64,000 nt of DNA from Stegostoma tigrinum (Eukaryota): the NCBI RefSeq assembly GCF_030684315.1, contig NC_081396.1:2728001-2792000 (forward strand), given 5' to 3'. This document shows positions 1 through 12,947 of the stretch, piece by piece (position 1 is the stretch's first letter; each line of letters begins with the position of its first letter). The position numbers were made by a program, and so were the translations under genes. Under the pieces are notes generated by a model that saw only the letters and a program-made list of their open reading frames with translations, searched no databases and was not told where the DNA came from.

Positions 1-249
1 GAGAATTTATGGGCCAAAACCATGAAGAGGGTGATTTTTTTTGACCAAATACGACAGTTCTTTCAAAGAGATGAGGTGTAACTTAGGTAAATCTGTGCTT
101 CCCTCTCAGGTCAGTGTCTGCTTCCTCAGCTGAAAAGCTGAACACGTACCCCAGGGCTGATCTAAGCAGGAATTTGAACATCTTGCTGTTTTTTTTATTT
201 TTAAAAACGCATCAGAAATATTTTGCCCGCGACACAACACACAAACCTT

Positions 250-430
250 TTTCCTTTCGCAGAGAAATGCCAATGATATTCAAATCCTGATGACTCATCG
301 ATCAGAACTTTTTTGATATTCCGCTCTGCAAATTATTCTCAATGAATATCCTGTAAGACGAATTCGCAAAAGAAAAATCACTGTCAGTCCAGGATAGAAA
401 TCTGAAAAAGACGAACACTTCTCTTGATTT
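250..430 (-). other. Non-coding upstream/splice-acceptor module of a C2H2 zinc-finger locus continuing off the left edge
   Basis: The segment aatatcctgta...atcactgtcag (about 345-390) resembles 31457-31500, and its aatatcctgta core recurs at about 24374; all are minus-strand ...tacag|gatatt-type acceptors in the ZF cluster. Confidence 0.45.
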
Positions 431-459
431 CAAAGTTTGCTGGGTCAGTGCTCCTCTTC

Positions 460-900
460 AAATCAGCCCGCCCCAACCCAAAGAAACTACGCACATGCGC
501 AGTGGCAGTTTGCCCCCAATAAAGATGGCGACAACAACATGGGGCCTATCACGGTCCGTGGCCCGCAGCCGCTTTCCTGTTTGCTACAAACGCGGGACCG
601 GGAGTTTTAATCCACGTGTAACAGAATATGCTGCGTGTTCATAAACCTTCCCGGTCCAGACTGCTCCATCTTCCTCCCAGTGTTCGCTGATTCTCCGGTC
701 ATCCTGTTTCCGCCTCCGGTACTCACTTGGGCGCCAGTCACGCGGTGGTGCGCCGGCAGCGTTGGTGATCACGTGCTACCTTGCTCGCTCCGCCCCTCGT
801 TCACCCCCATTGGTTGGAGGACTGGCCGCCTCCGCTTGGTCCGCCAACTCCGCCCACTCCAATTGGTCGGTGAGCTGCCTTCGCTAGCTGGGCTCTCATG
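460..900. promoter_or_regulatory. CpG-rich promoter of a zinc-finger locus (NRF1-like, YY1, CCAAT boxes)
   Basis: CpG-dense; CATGCGCA at 494-501, AAGATGGCG at 522-530, ATTGG/CCAAT near 808 and 860. Confidence 0.6.
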
Positions 901-929
901 TTGAGATGGGGAGCCAGATGGTCACTTTC

Positions 930-3350
930 GAAAAACGGGTAAATCTTGACCGTCAGGATTACCTTCAACAACTTGCTCACCACCGGTACGAGGATCACTG
1001 GTCAATAGCTCCCTGTCTTTTCCCTATCGCCTTTCTTAAGCAGTGGCACCACGTTAGCCAACCTCCAGTCTTCCAGCATCTCACCTCTGGCTATTGGTGA
1101 TACAAATGTCTCAACAAGGGGCCCAGCAGTCGCTTCCCACAGAGCTCGAGCGTACACCTGATCAGGTTCCAGGGATTTATCCACCTTTATGCATTTAAGT
1201 CCAGCATGACCTCCTCTGTAATTTAGAGATACTGGGAACTGCAGATGCTGGAGAATCCGAGATAACAAAGCGTGGAGCTGGATGAACACAGCAGGCCAAG
1301 CAGCTTTTCCGGGGCTCAGAATCTGACGTTTCGAGCCTAGACCCTTACCCGAAATGTCAGCTTTTGTGCTCGTAAAATACTGCTTGGCCTCCTCTGCAAT
1401 ATAGGCATTTTTCAAGATGTTGCTGTTTATTTCACCATGTTCTCTATTTTCCAAATCCAACTTAGTAAAGACTCATGCAAAATACACATTTAGAACACCC
1501 CCACCCCCGAACCATCTCCTGCAGTTCCACACAAAAGTGGCCTTGCTGACCTTTAAGGGGCCCTATTCTCTCACTGGTTACCTTATTTTCCTTAAATGTA
1601 TTTGTAGAATCCCTTTAAATTCTTTTTAACCCTATTTACCAAAGCTAGCTCATGTCCCTTTTTTGCCCCCTCGATTTTCCTCAAGTGTATTCCTAGTTCC
1701 TTTATACTCTTCCAGGCATTCAATCAATGTCTGCCATCTATATCTGACATATACTTCCTTCTTGACCAAAACTTCAATTTCTCTTGCCACTCAGGATTCC
1801 CTACACCTATTAGACTCACCCTTTGCCCTAACAAGAACATACTATCTCTGGACTCATCACATTTTCCAGCTGTCCCTTTACCTGCAAAGATCCATCCCAA
1901 ATCAACTTTTGAAAGTTCTTGGCTAATACTGTCAAATTGGCCTTCTTTTTCCGGTCTATCATTTTCCATCACTAATTAAAACTAATAGAATTATGGCCCC
2001 AAAGTGCTCCTCCATAACACTTCAGTCACCTGCCCAGCCTTATTCCCCAAGACTAGGTCACGTTTTGCACCTTCTCCAGTCGATACATCCACATACTGAA
2101 CCAGAGAACTTTTTGTACATACTTAATAAATTCCTTTCCATCCAAGCCCTTAACACTATGGCTTTAGAAAGTTAAAATCCCCTACCATAACTACCCTATT
2201 ATTCTTACAGATAACTGAGATCTCCTTACAAAGTTGTTTGTGAATTTCCCATTGACTATTGGGAAGTCTAAAGTACAATCCCAGGAAGGTGACCATCCCT
2301 TTCTTACATTTCCCAGGAATATCCTCCCTAAATATAGCCATAATGTTACCCCTGATCAAGAATGCCACTAATCACGCACCCCCCCCCTCCCCCCCACCAC
2401 CGCTCCGCCACAACCCTCAACTTTCTATCCTTCCTCTTGCATTTATACCCTGGAATGTTAAGCTGCCAATTCTGTCCATCCTTGAGCCATGTCTCTGTAA
2501 TTGCTATGATATCCCAGCCCCATGTTCCCAAGCATGCTGAGTTCATCTGCCTTACCTGTTAGGCCTCTTATATTAAAATAAATACAGTTTAATTTCTGCT
2601 TTGTTTCTGCCTGCCCTGGCTGGTTGACTTTCTCCTTTTACCAACATTGCCAGTCTCAAACTGATGATCTCTTTGCTCACTATCTCCCTGGGTCCCAACC
2701 CCCACTAGTTTAAATCCTTCCAAGCATCTCCAGCAAATCTCCCTACCAGCATATTTGTCCTGTTCTAATTCAGGTGCATTTCATCCTTATCATACAGATA
2801 ATTTCTACCCCAGAAGAGATTCTAATGTTCCAACAATGTGAATGCTTCTCCCCTGCACCAGCTGTTTAGCCATGCATGCATCCACTCTATCCCTCTATTC
2901 CTACCCTCACTAGCTCGTGAAACCAGGAGTAATCCAGATATTACTACCCACAAGGACGTGCCTTTTAAATTCCTGCCTAACTTCCTATATTCTCTGCTCA
3001 GAATTTTTTCCTTTCCTCTTCCTGTGCCTTTAGGTCCAGTATGTTCAATTGCCTCCTGCTGGTCCCTCTCCCATTTGAAAATATCCTCAATCCTGGCACC
3101 AGGGAGGCAATACACCATTTTGGTATCTCGTTTTTGGCTGCCGAAACCTGTGTCTGACTGGCAAGTCCCCTATCACAATTCATTGCTTGAAATCTGGTGT
3201 ACCCCTCATTACGTTAGACTCAGTCTTGGAACCAGAAAGCTGGCTATCAGTGCAACATTCCCCTAAGAGTTCATCATCCCCTACATTTTCCAAAACAGCA
3301 TACTTGTTTAAGATGGGATAGCCACAAGAGACTCCTGCACTACCTACCTC
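930..3350 (-). mobile_element. Degenerate CR1 (HER1-type) LINE: ORF1 esterase region, endonuclease, start of RT
   Basis: Minus ORFs read VYCLPGARIEDI...VVISGLL...WLNSWCRGE (SGNH-esterase ORF1), WDIIAITETWL and VVMVGDFN (APE), WRLANVVPLLKKG (RT). Confidence 0.85.
1223..1390. mobile_element. Non-autonomous Penelope family A fold-back fragment inserted in CR1
   Basis: Matches the pLTR of the 28279-31388 element in both orientations; flanked by cctcctctgtaat (1210-1222) and cctcctctgcaat (1388-1400), a probable TSD. Confidence 0.75.
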
Positions 3351-3799
3351 CCTCTCCAACCTGGATCAGAGTGCAATGCAGGTTTCTTCCTGTTTTGATT
3401 CACTTCCCATGTTGTCTCAGCCTTTGTCTGTCTTCCTCCTTTTTAAAGTGCTGTAGTTTTGATCTTTTTTTCCGAAAATTTTAAAACAATCTTCTTTGTA
3501 TAATTTTCTCTTTTCCCTATTAAGTTACATTCCAAATCAGTATTAAAAATGACAGCTGAATCTGCTGACACTTATTATTCAGTCTGTTCCAGATCCCCAG
3601 AACTCACTTGGTAAAATATTCTCCATCTCTTTACCCACATTATATGCCAATGATCTGTAAATAATTCTTCATCTCTGCACTTCAAATTTTCTAGAAATAA
3701 ATTTATGTATTGAATAAGTCATTGCTTAACTTTCTCAGCTTTATAGAAAAGTATCTAAGCTTCTACAAGCATGCCACATAACAGAAAACACTCAATTTT

Positions 3800-4310
3800 C
3801 ATTATTCATGGGATCCGGTCTTTGTTGCACAGATTAGTATTTATTGTCCCTCTTGCCCTGAAGATGGTGATGATGAGCTACCTTCATAAAATGCTGCAAT
3901 GCACGTGATGTAGGTTCACCCACAGTCCTTTCAATGAGGGAGTTTTGGCATTTTGACTCCAGGACCGGGAGTTAATTGTGATCATGGCCTAGCAAGCAGT
4001 TAAGGGCAGTTAGACAATAAATGCTGGCTTGGGGTACCCATGATCCAAGATTAAGTAATAAAAGAAGTTCCAAGTCAGAATAGTGTGTCTTGGGATGAGT
4101 TATAAGTAGTGGTGTGGCTGTGATTCTGTACCCTTGTCCCAATTGGTGGCAGAAGTTGTGGGTATGGAAGGTGCTGTCAAAGGAGCATTGTTGAGTTACA
4201 GTAGTACATCCTAGAGATATTGCACACTGTGTTTCACTGGTGAAGGGAGTGAACACTGAAGTTGCTGGATGGGATAGCCTTCAGGCTAACTGCATTGTCC
4301 TTGATGGGTT
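3800..4310 (-). mobile_element. 3' fragment of the CR1/L2-group LINE family also seen at 42200-45355
   Basis: Similar by eye to 42220-42600, 25030-25260 and 58690-58860. Confidence 0.55.
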
Positions 4311-4334
4311 TGAGTTTCTCCCCACTGGGAACAG

Positions 4335-4490
4335 TGCTTTTCCTTTGTTACCTCGAGACTTAACTATCCGAAAATACTCCCGGACGGCCTCCCATGTTGA
4401 AACTCCCTGTAATCTCAAGATCATCCAAAACTCCATTGCCCATGTGCAGACCTACACCAAGTCTTGTCTGCCCATCACCATTCTGTAATT
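4335..4490 (+). mobile_element. L2 LINE ORF2 C-terminal fragment
   Basis: Reads FVTSRLNY...LKIIQNSIAHV...PITI, like the L2 motif FVTSRLDY...LQ.IQN.AAR...ITP. Confidence 0.6.
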
Positions 4491-4756
4491 CATATGAGGC
4501 AACAAGACTTCCAATGAAATTAAATACAGAGAAGTAAAAACATGATTCCTAAAAGTAAAAAATGTTTCCTAAGTAAGAATAAGAAAAGAATTTCATAAAC
4601 TATGGATAAGACCCACAGGAAAGGAACAGTAAAGGGATAAAAGATTCTAGCTGACACTCGGTCTTATTACTCACCAACTTTGACCATCCAGCAGCAGCAA
4701 CTTCACACATTATTGAGAAAGTTGAGCAGATTCTCTGTCCTCTCTCGTTTGGGTAG

Positions 4757-4960
4757 AATCATACAATCCCTATAGTGTGGCAACAGGCCATTTGGTCCGT
4801 CAAGTCCACACCGACTCTCCGAACAGCATTCTGCCCAGACACACCACCCTACCCTATCCTTGAACCCTTACATTTACCATGGCTAATCCATCTAAACTAC
4901 ACATTATTGGACACCGGGGCAATTAAGCATGGCGAATCCACCTAGCCTGCATATCTTTAA
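4757..4960 (-). mobile_element. HE1-like SINE, 3' part
   Basis: Reverse complement of the tail of the 26721-27070 copy. Confidence 0.75.
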
Positions 4961-5619
4961 GTGCATCTTATGCTGATCCATGAATCAAAATGAATATTCA
5001 AGTCCCTTGTCAGCTGCTGGATGGAATCTCAGCACCCTGAGGTTGATCTTCAGTGTCCCCTTATATCAGTATTCCCTTACTTTTATACCCTGCAGTGATC
5101 CAGCTCTGGCTCCAAACATGCTTTGTTTTCTCTGCTGGGTACTGCTAGCAAGTGAGGAAAAGACAGCTGAAATTTCTCTTATCTATGATTTACAAGGACA
5201 CATTCCATGGTTCACAACAGTTGCTTTTCTTCAGTCATTTTCTCATTCACCCAACGCTTTCCTGTTACTGTTCATTTTATTGTTTCTGACAGTTTCACAA
5301 TGATAGATACAGACATTCACATGGTCAAAGTCTAAGCTATTTTCTCACTCACTCTGCTTGAATGTTATGTTATGGTAAATCACTGAAAAACCATGTCCTT
5401 TATCCTGACCTGATTTGTGTTTCCAATGAGATCATTCTTGGCTACATAATGTCTTATCAGTGTTGCCATGGTGCCCTGTCTGCAGGGAAATGCCAATTTG
5501 AGGCTCTAGCTCAGAATAAACTTCTTGTTCCCATAATACACACTGTATCAGAAATTACACCTCATTGTCTCTCAGCCAGGTTACTACTTCAAAATGTACA
5601 AAAAACTCAAACACACAAA

Positions 5620-7075
5620 CCATTAAAAGTGGGCGGAAAAGTTGATGAAGTGGTCATAAAGCCAGTGGGCTCTTAGCTTTATAATTCAGGGCACACATTC
5701 TAAAAGGACAGAGGTAATATGAACTTGTTAATTGCAGTGCAATTAGAATATAGACCTGTGAGTTGACTTCGGTTTTGGGCAAATTGTTTGAGGTGATTAC
5801 AAAAGTCAAGATTTGTGGACATTTATGGAGGCAAATATTGATAAGGGATAGTCAAAATGTTTTTATGTGAGGAAAATCTTGTCTCACAAACCTAACTGAG
5901 TTTTTTGGGGAACATACCAAAAAGATCCATGAAGCCAGAGCAGTAGATGTTGTTTACTTGGACTTTAGTAAAGCCTTCGAAAAGATTCAACATGGCAGGC
6001 TAACTGGTAAAATTAGGTCACATGGAATTCAGGATGAGCTTGCCAATTCCCGCATAATTGGCTTAATGGCACGTGACAGAGAGTGGTGGTAGAGAGTTGC
6101 TTTATGAACTAGAGGCCCGTGACCAGCAGCGTTCTACAGGGTCCAGTCTGTTTTGTTTGTCATTTATATAAATGATTTGGATGATAATACAAAAGACATT
6201 GTTATTAAGCTTGGAGACAACACCTAAATTGGTGGTATAGTAAACAGTGAAGAGGACTTTCTAAGATTACAATGGGGTCTTGATCCAATGGATCAATGGG
6301 CTGCAAAATGGCAGATGGAATTCAATCTGGATAAATGTGAAGTATTGCAATTTGGAACAACAAACAAGTGTAGGGCTCGTACAGTTAATGGTGGGGCCTT
6401 AGGTAGTTTTGTAGAACAGAGCAACCTAGGAGTGCAGGTATATAATTCTTTGAAGTTTGCATGACATAGAGACATGGTGGTTAGAGAGGCATTTGGCATG
6501 CTTGTGTTCATTGCTCAGTCTTTTGAGTATAGGAATTGGGAATGAAGTTGTACAGGATTTTGGTGAGGCCTCTTCTGGAATACTGTGTCCAGTTCTGGTC
6601 ACCCAGTTATAGGAAGGTAGAAGAGATTTACCAGGATGTTGCCAGGTATGGAAGTTTGAGTTATAAAGAAAGGGCGGATAGGCTGAGACTTTTTTCATGG
6701 AGCGCAGGAGGTTGAGAGGACACCTTAAAGATGTGTATATAATAATGGGGAGTATGGATAGAGTTAATGGTAATTGTCTGTTGGGGGATTTCAAGACTAG
6801 GAGGCACACTTTTAAGGTGAGTGGAGAGAGGAAAGAGACATGAGGAGAAACCTTTTTACACAGAGGGTGGGGTCGTATATTTTGTGAACCTCTTGAGGAA
6901 GTGGTGGATGTCAGTACAATTACAGCTTTTAAAAGCCATTTGGTTAAGTACAGAATAGGAAAGGTTTGGAGGGATAAGGGCCAGGAGTAGGGGAGACTAG
7001 TTTAATCTGGGATTATGTTCAGCATGGACCAGTTGGGCTGAAGGGTCTGTTGCTAGTCTGTATGACTCTATGTAT
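5620..7075 (+). mobile_element. CR1/HER1 LINE RT and 3' end, degenerate
   Basis: DVVYLDFSKAF, YINDLD and KWQMEFN-DKCEV motifs with stops; tail ending ...tatgactctatg. Confidence 0.85.
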
Positions 7076-7364
7076 GTTCAAACCAGCCAGAATAATGTGT
7101 TCTGAATGTTACCTTAGAATACCTTTTACAAAACCACAGTCTTCTCTCGCAAGCATCACAGATTGAGGATGATTTACTTCCACTTCAGTGGTTTGGGTCC
7201 TGATGTTATTGAATAGTTCAATGCTGAATCTACGAACACTGCCACATGTGGGGCAGGTGATATTTGCTGAAAGGAATGGATGTGATGCTCAGATTTTCGC
7301 ATGCTTCCTCCATTGGTAACATTTGTTCTCCATCTGGGTCTGTCAGAGATGCTCAAAATAGTTC

Positions 7365-7495
7365 AGAGATAGTGGGAACTGCCGATGCTGGAGAATCTGA
7401 GATAACCAGGTGCACAGCTGGATGAGCACGGCAGTCCAAGCAGCATGAGAGGAGCAGGAAAGCTGACATTTCAGGTCTGGACCCTTCTTCAGATT
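7365..7495 (-). mobile_element. Penelope family A pLTR fragment with degenerate hammerhead (7465-7492)
   Basis: Minus strand CTGAAGA-AGGGTCCAGACCT-GAAATGTC followed by the family A tail. Confidence 0.75.
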
Positions 7496-8389
7496 TCTGA
7501 AGATGACTTGTTGCAGCTTCTGAATGTCCAACCCTGTGAATACCCTGCAAAAAGAGTATATTTTCTCTTCCATTTCATTCACCTCACATCAGTCTTCTGA
7601 CTTTTTTTAAATCTCTTCTCCATCTCAGCCTATTCTGATTTCCTTTGAACATATCTTTCTTCTTTGCCTGCACTATTTTCTGTGAATTCTACATTTTAAT
7701 CATTCTAAGTGATTATAAACCCCATCCAAAACATCGATCATTTTAAATTGCTCTGTCAGGTCACTGCTGAGCTTTCCTTAAGGGCCCCAATCTTCAATCA
7801 TTCCCAAAGGCTGCATTATTTTTAAGTTTAGAAGTTTATATCTGTCAATGCAGCATGGAGAGTGGGAAGAGAAAAGCATTTCTCTGGGTTGCAGTTTGTA
7901 GATCCTCCCCGTCTGGAAAAGGAGTTAATAAAACCCATCTGTTATTCCAACTCCCTCCCCACCACCTGTCACTGCCCCAAATCTCTCCAAACCCAGAACC
8001 AGGAGCTCCTACCCTGGCCTTTGCCGCCACATACCCTGTCGACAGAGGGAACCGTTCTCACCAGCCACCAGCTCCATCACTCCTTCCGCCCAGGCCCTAA
8101 CTCACTGACCGGCATGCATACCGCTCTGCCTATGATAGTGGACTATCACTGCCTGATAGTGGATGATGGGTAATATCACCGCCACTGATTATTTTTCTAA
8201 AAACTGAAGATGAATACTTGTTTTGCTGTTGCATCTGGAGATTGGGCCACGGATGCAAATAGTAAAGCATGGAAACAATTTATTAGTCAAATGCAACTGG
8301 ATGAATCCTCCGTTGTCCATCAGGAAATAGGAGAGTGTGAATTGGTAATGCATCCAGACAGCCCTGATGCAGCATTAATGATAACAGAG

Positions 8390-8490
8390 TTCAACTTCTG
8401 CAAACACCTGTAGATTTACAGTGACTCAGTGAATCATTACCCAGGCACAGAGTATTGAAACAGTTTCTGTCTGGTGTGAATGCACTTATA
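8390..8490 (-). pseudogene. C2H2 zinc-finger relic
   Basis: Minus strand reads CIHTRQKLFQYSV..FTES with stops; nucleotide pattern resembles the ZF linkers at 13-14 kb. Confidence 0.4.
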
Positions 8491-10188
8491 ATCCACCAAA
8501 CTCGGTAAACTTTCAGTCTCTGTGTCTATTTCAGAGACCCAGGATTCATAATAGTTTGCTTTCATTTGAATCTCCTCAGAATGGTTTCCTGGTCACAGTT
8601 CAGGGGGAATGCAGATCCCTGTGTTGGCAAGTGGTGGTCTTCTGGATGTGGACCACACAAATGTACAATGCAGCCAATATCTGTGCTGAGTGTGGCACCT
8701 TCTCCTATTCTCAGTTTTTCCAGTCTGAGCAAATGTTCGGCTAAAGTCAGCATTGAGCAATTTGAGGACTTTAAGCCTTCTGATTCTGATTCAAAGTAAA
8801 CACTGTAGAAACGGCAGGCACAGTCAACTCATTTAGAACACAAATATGACACAAAGCCACTTAGGTCAACGTGGAAAGAGAAAACTGTTTGTTTGAATCT
8901 GTATCAAGATGGTGAGATGTTTTGTGTGTTACAGCTCGTGCAAATAGAGGGCGGTTGTCATATTAAATGGCGGTGTCAATTTCCTGCACTGGAAACAAAC
9001 TCTCCATTTTAGAAAAAAAGCAAAATCTCATGACAAACAGTCGCAGCGGTTATGGGTAGAGAAAATTCAGCTTCAACTGACAGAAAACAATTAATATTAG
9101 GAAAACCTGTCAGCTACTTCAAATTAGGCTGTCACTGATTTTAAAAATGGCACAATGTTAATTCAAAGTAATATTTGTCAACTAAAATTAAAAAAACAAA
9201 TTACGTTTATGCTGAAATGAATACTGCATTGATTTATTGTTGAAAGACAATTTTGGGAAGCAACATTTCTCCAGGATTTATGAACATGGGAGGAAAATAA
9301 CTAACTGGATGTGTAAAGTTTTATTGAGAGAGGATGTGACTGAGGGTAAGAGATAGATTTAAAGAAAGCACACAATGAGAACTGGATTAACACACCTTGG
9401 GCCCAGTTCAATGGAATGCATTTGTCTGTTGCTAATGTGCATTCCACTGAAAGAAAAGTGCGGATGAGACTAATAAATTGACAGATTGTCATGACCCAAT
9501 TGGGAAAGAGATCTGATACTTGAGTCCCACTATTCCCTAAGGGCATCCTCAAATATAAAGATTTAATCAGAGTACTCTAAGTCCCCAATTTTACATCGAA
9601 TGGACTCTGGTTAACTGAAAACACTGACCAGGTTTCTGTACTTCATAACAACTGATCTTTATTGCAAATAGATCATTCCTAACCATTGGCAAACATAAAC
9701 CAACACACAACTCTCATAGTTCAAACTCTGAACTCGCCCCGTGACCCCTCCAATTGTTCTTTCTGCTTTCCAAAACCTTCTGTTCTCCTATCTCCTGATT
9801 TACACATATAGTCAGCTCTTCACAAAAGATACAGGGTAGTTAACACTGTAATTGTCAAATCGTTTGATTATTAGTAGAAGCAACTGTTCACAGCAGCTGG
9901 TGGGAGATAATCTCTTGTTGTCTTCCAGACTTTGGTTACTTCACTACAGACAGCGCGCGAGAAAATATGACACTCATTTCTGCAATCTGGAGGCTTCTCT
10001 CTGTGTTGTTCAGAACCACAGCATTCAGCTCATCAGGAGCATCAGAGAATTTTAGTCATGTTGATGCCTTCAGACTTCGGCTTCAAGTCAACTCCACTGT
10101 GCACACATACCCATTGCCATGACCTCTTAACTCTCTTCCCCCACGGCGTACAAAAACTAACAGTGTGAACGCAACTCTCAAACAGTTT

Positions 10189-10298
10189 CAGTAACATATT
10201 TTTAGGAAGTGCAGCAACTCCGTCCACCGTCCTTTGCTTAGAGCAGTTCTTTCCCCATTTTGTTCCACAATCCAAAATAAATAGACGAAGTCTTTACA
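10189..10298 (+). repeat. 110-bp direct repeat, copy 1 (copy 2 at 11532-11641)
   Basis: cagtaacatattttt...gaagtctttaca occurs twice with few mismatches. Confidence 0.9.
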
Positions 10299-11249
10299 GA
10301 AGCTCTCTTGGAAATGTTACTGCCTTTGCCAACGAACTTTTAAAGAGAACTTGATTTGAATGTCTGACCACTACTGAAGACATTGCAACCTTGAAGGAGG
10401 TGGGAAGGGAAGATCTTTAGACAGACACCTGTGAGTGAACCTGGGTAGTTCATTTAAGTAGAAAGTCACCCTTTTCAAACTACTTAAATTTTATAAGGGA
10501 GTCGTTTTAAGACTAATATTAAACTCAGGAAGGCATTTAACCAAACGTGTGAATTTGTCACCAGTCAGAAATATATGATTGAATAAGTTGTCAGTGTCAG
10601 TTCATTAAATTGAGGAATTCATTATGAATCTGTGATTATGTTAAATACTTCAAACTCCATCAGCCTGTTTTAAATTCCATACTGCAGTTTCTGCCAGAAG
10701 GAATGTGTGATCTGATAAGATGATTAGCAATGAGTCCTCCAGGGTCTTGGCCAATCTTATTTGGAACTGAAAGGTTATGCAATGAGTAAAGGTTTGTGCA
10801 GGATCATAGAGAAGGGATGTATGGAACAGTCCCATTGCTTTCCTCATTAGCACATTTACCAAAATACCGAGAAGTAATTTGAATCAATTCAATAATTAAA
10901 CAATACCACAGAGTTACAACCAACTCAGTTCAACTGCAGTATTCGCTGCTGGGGGATAAAATCCCCAGGGACCTGGAAGACCTATTGTGAGCCGAGTACT
11001 GGAAACGCTGAGGCAAGTTATTCAACAGAACTGTTGAAGGTGGTACTGTCGCAGCAGTCTACGTGGACTTACAAATGCTGTTTAAAACAGTGTCACACAA
11101 GCGACTTAAGTGAAACTTCTGGAATAAAAGGGACAGGAGCAACATGGATACAAAATTGGCTGAGTGATGGGAAACAGACAGGAATGGCTAACAAATTTTT
11201 TGGCTGTAAGATTTTCCGTGGAGACCCCTGAAGTTAGTTCTATACAAGT

Positions 11250-11531
11250 TAGTGGACAGCAATGTTGCTTCACAGCACCAGGGGCCCCGAGTGTGATTTC
11301 GACCCTGGTCGACTGTCTGTGGAGTTTGCACGTTCTCCCTGTATCTACAAGGGTTTCATCTGGGTCCTCCTCTTTCTGCCACAGTCCAACAACGTGCAGA
11401 TTTGGTGGACTGGCCATGCTAACGGTGCCCAGAATTGTGTATGTTAGGTGAATTAGCCATGGGAAATGCAGGGCTACAGAGATAAAGTGGAAGGGTTTGA
11501 GTTTTGGTGTGAACTTGTTAGGCCAAATAGC
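11250..11531 (+). mobile_element. HE1-like tRNA-derived V-SINE
   Basis: tRNA-like head plus the central gtctgtggagtttgcacgttctccc...cacagtccaa domain. Confidence 0.85.
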
Positions 11532-12214
11532 CAGTAACATATTTTTAGGAAGTGCAGCAACTCTGTCCACTGTCCTTTCCTTAAAGCAGTTCTTTCCCCA
11601 TTTTGTTCCACAATCCAAAATAAAAAGATGAAGTCTTTACACATTGGAGGGATTCAATGAAAATGCTTTGCTTTTCCTGACATATGCATAAATGATTTAG
11701 ACATTGATGTGCAAGGGTTGACATTAAAATTTGTGAATGTTTCCAAGTTTTGAATCAGTGTAAACTGAGGAGCACAGTGTAGAACTTCCAAAGGAATTGA
11801 TAAGTGGCTGGAATGTACAGATCGCTGGCAGATAAAGTTCGATGTGAAGAAGAGTGTGGTGATACTTTTTGGCAGAAGGTACATGGAGGGACAGTATAAA
11901 ACACAACACGGTGTGCACAACCAGACAGATGTGGATGGGTATATGCATTAGTCATTAAAGGTGGCAGGACAAGTGGAGAGAGCAGTTAATAAAACATACA
12001 GTATCTCTGGATTTATTCATAGGGACACAGTACAAGAACACAGGGTATGATGAACTTGCATAGATACTAGTTTGATCTCAGCTGGAATACAGTGTATAGT
12101 TCTGGATGTGATACTAGAAGAATATGAATGCACTGGAGACAGTACAGAACAGGTTTATGAGAATTCTTCCAGCGATGAGAGTCTTCAGTTACGAGGCTAA
12201 ATTGTAGTAACATC

Positions 12215-12480
12215 ACAGAGTTCCCACATTGTGGAAGCATTCAGCCCATACCGACCCTCTGAAGAACATCCCACCCAGATCCACCCCTCCCCTTGTAACC
12301 CTGACATTAGCATGGCCAATCCATTTAACCCACACAACTTTGGACTGTGGGAGGAAACTCACGTTGAAATGGGCAGAGTGTACAAACTCCACACAGACAG
12401 TTGCCTGACGGTGGAATTGAACCAAGGTCCCTGGGTGCTTTGAAACAACAGTACTAACCACTGAGTCACTGTGCCACCCT
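12215..12480 (-). mobile_element. HE1-like SINE
   Basis: Minus strand ggtggcacagtgactcagtggttagtactg...ggttcaattcc head and V-domain. Confidence 0.85.
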
Positions 12481-12947
12481 GACTTTGGGAACAGTTTCTT
12501 TGGAGAGGAAACTAAGAAGATATTTGTTGCAAGTTTTCAAAATCATGACTGTGTGTCGATTGATGGGGAGAAACTGTTCCTGCTTGTAAAAAGGAATGCA
12601 AACCAAAGGACACAACTTTTAAGTGTTTTGCAAAACAGGCAACTATGAGGCAAACATTTTTTTCACAAGTGTAGTCAGGATCTGGAATTGGAATAGACTA
12701 TCTGGAAATATGGTGGAAGCAGGTTCCAAAGAGGCATTGAAGAGGTATTTAGCTGACAATTAAGGTTAAATAACAAACAAGTTTACAGGAAAAATGTGAG
12801 AGAATTGAACTAGGCATAATACCTCAGAGAACTAATGCAGATGTAATGGCTGAATGGCTTTGTTCTATACCATATCAATTAGGTCTAACTGGAGTGGAGT
12901 TTATGAACATTTTGGATGTGATTAACAGGAAGATCCAATAATTGCAA

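Larger units (their letters stand above)
11050..12860 (+). mobile_element. Degenerate CR1 LINE RT/3' region interrupted by two SINEs
   Basis: WIQNWLSDGKQ, INDLD and WQIKFD motifs on either side of the SINE insertions. Confidence 0.75.

Noticed and set aside
8210-8413. QLDES motif suggestive of a hAT transposase
   Set aside because: Five-residue match only; no other transposase motifs or TIRs seen.
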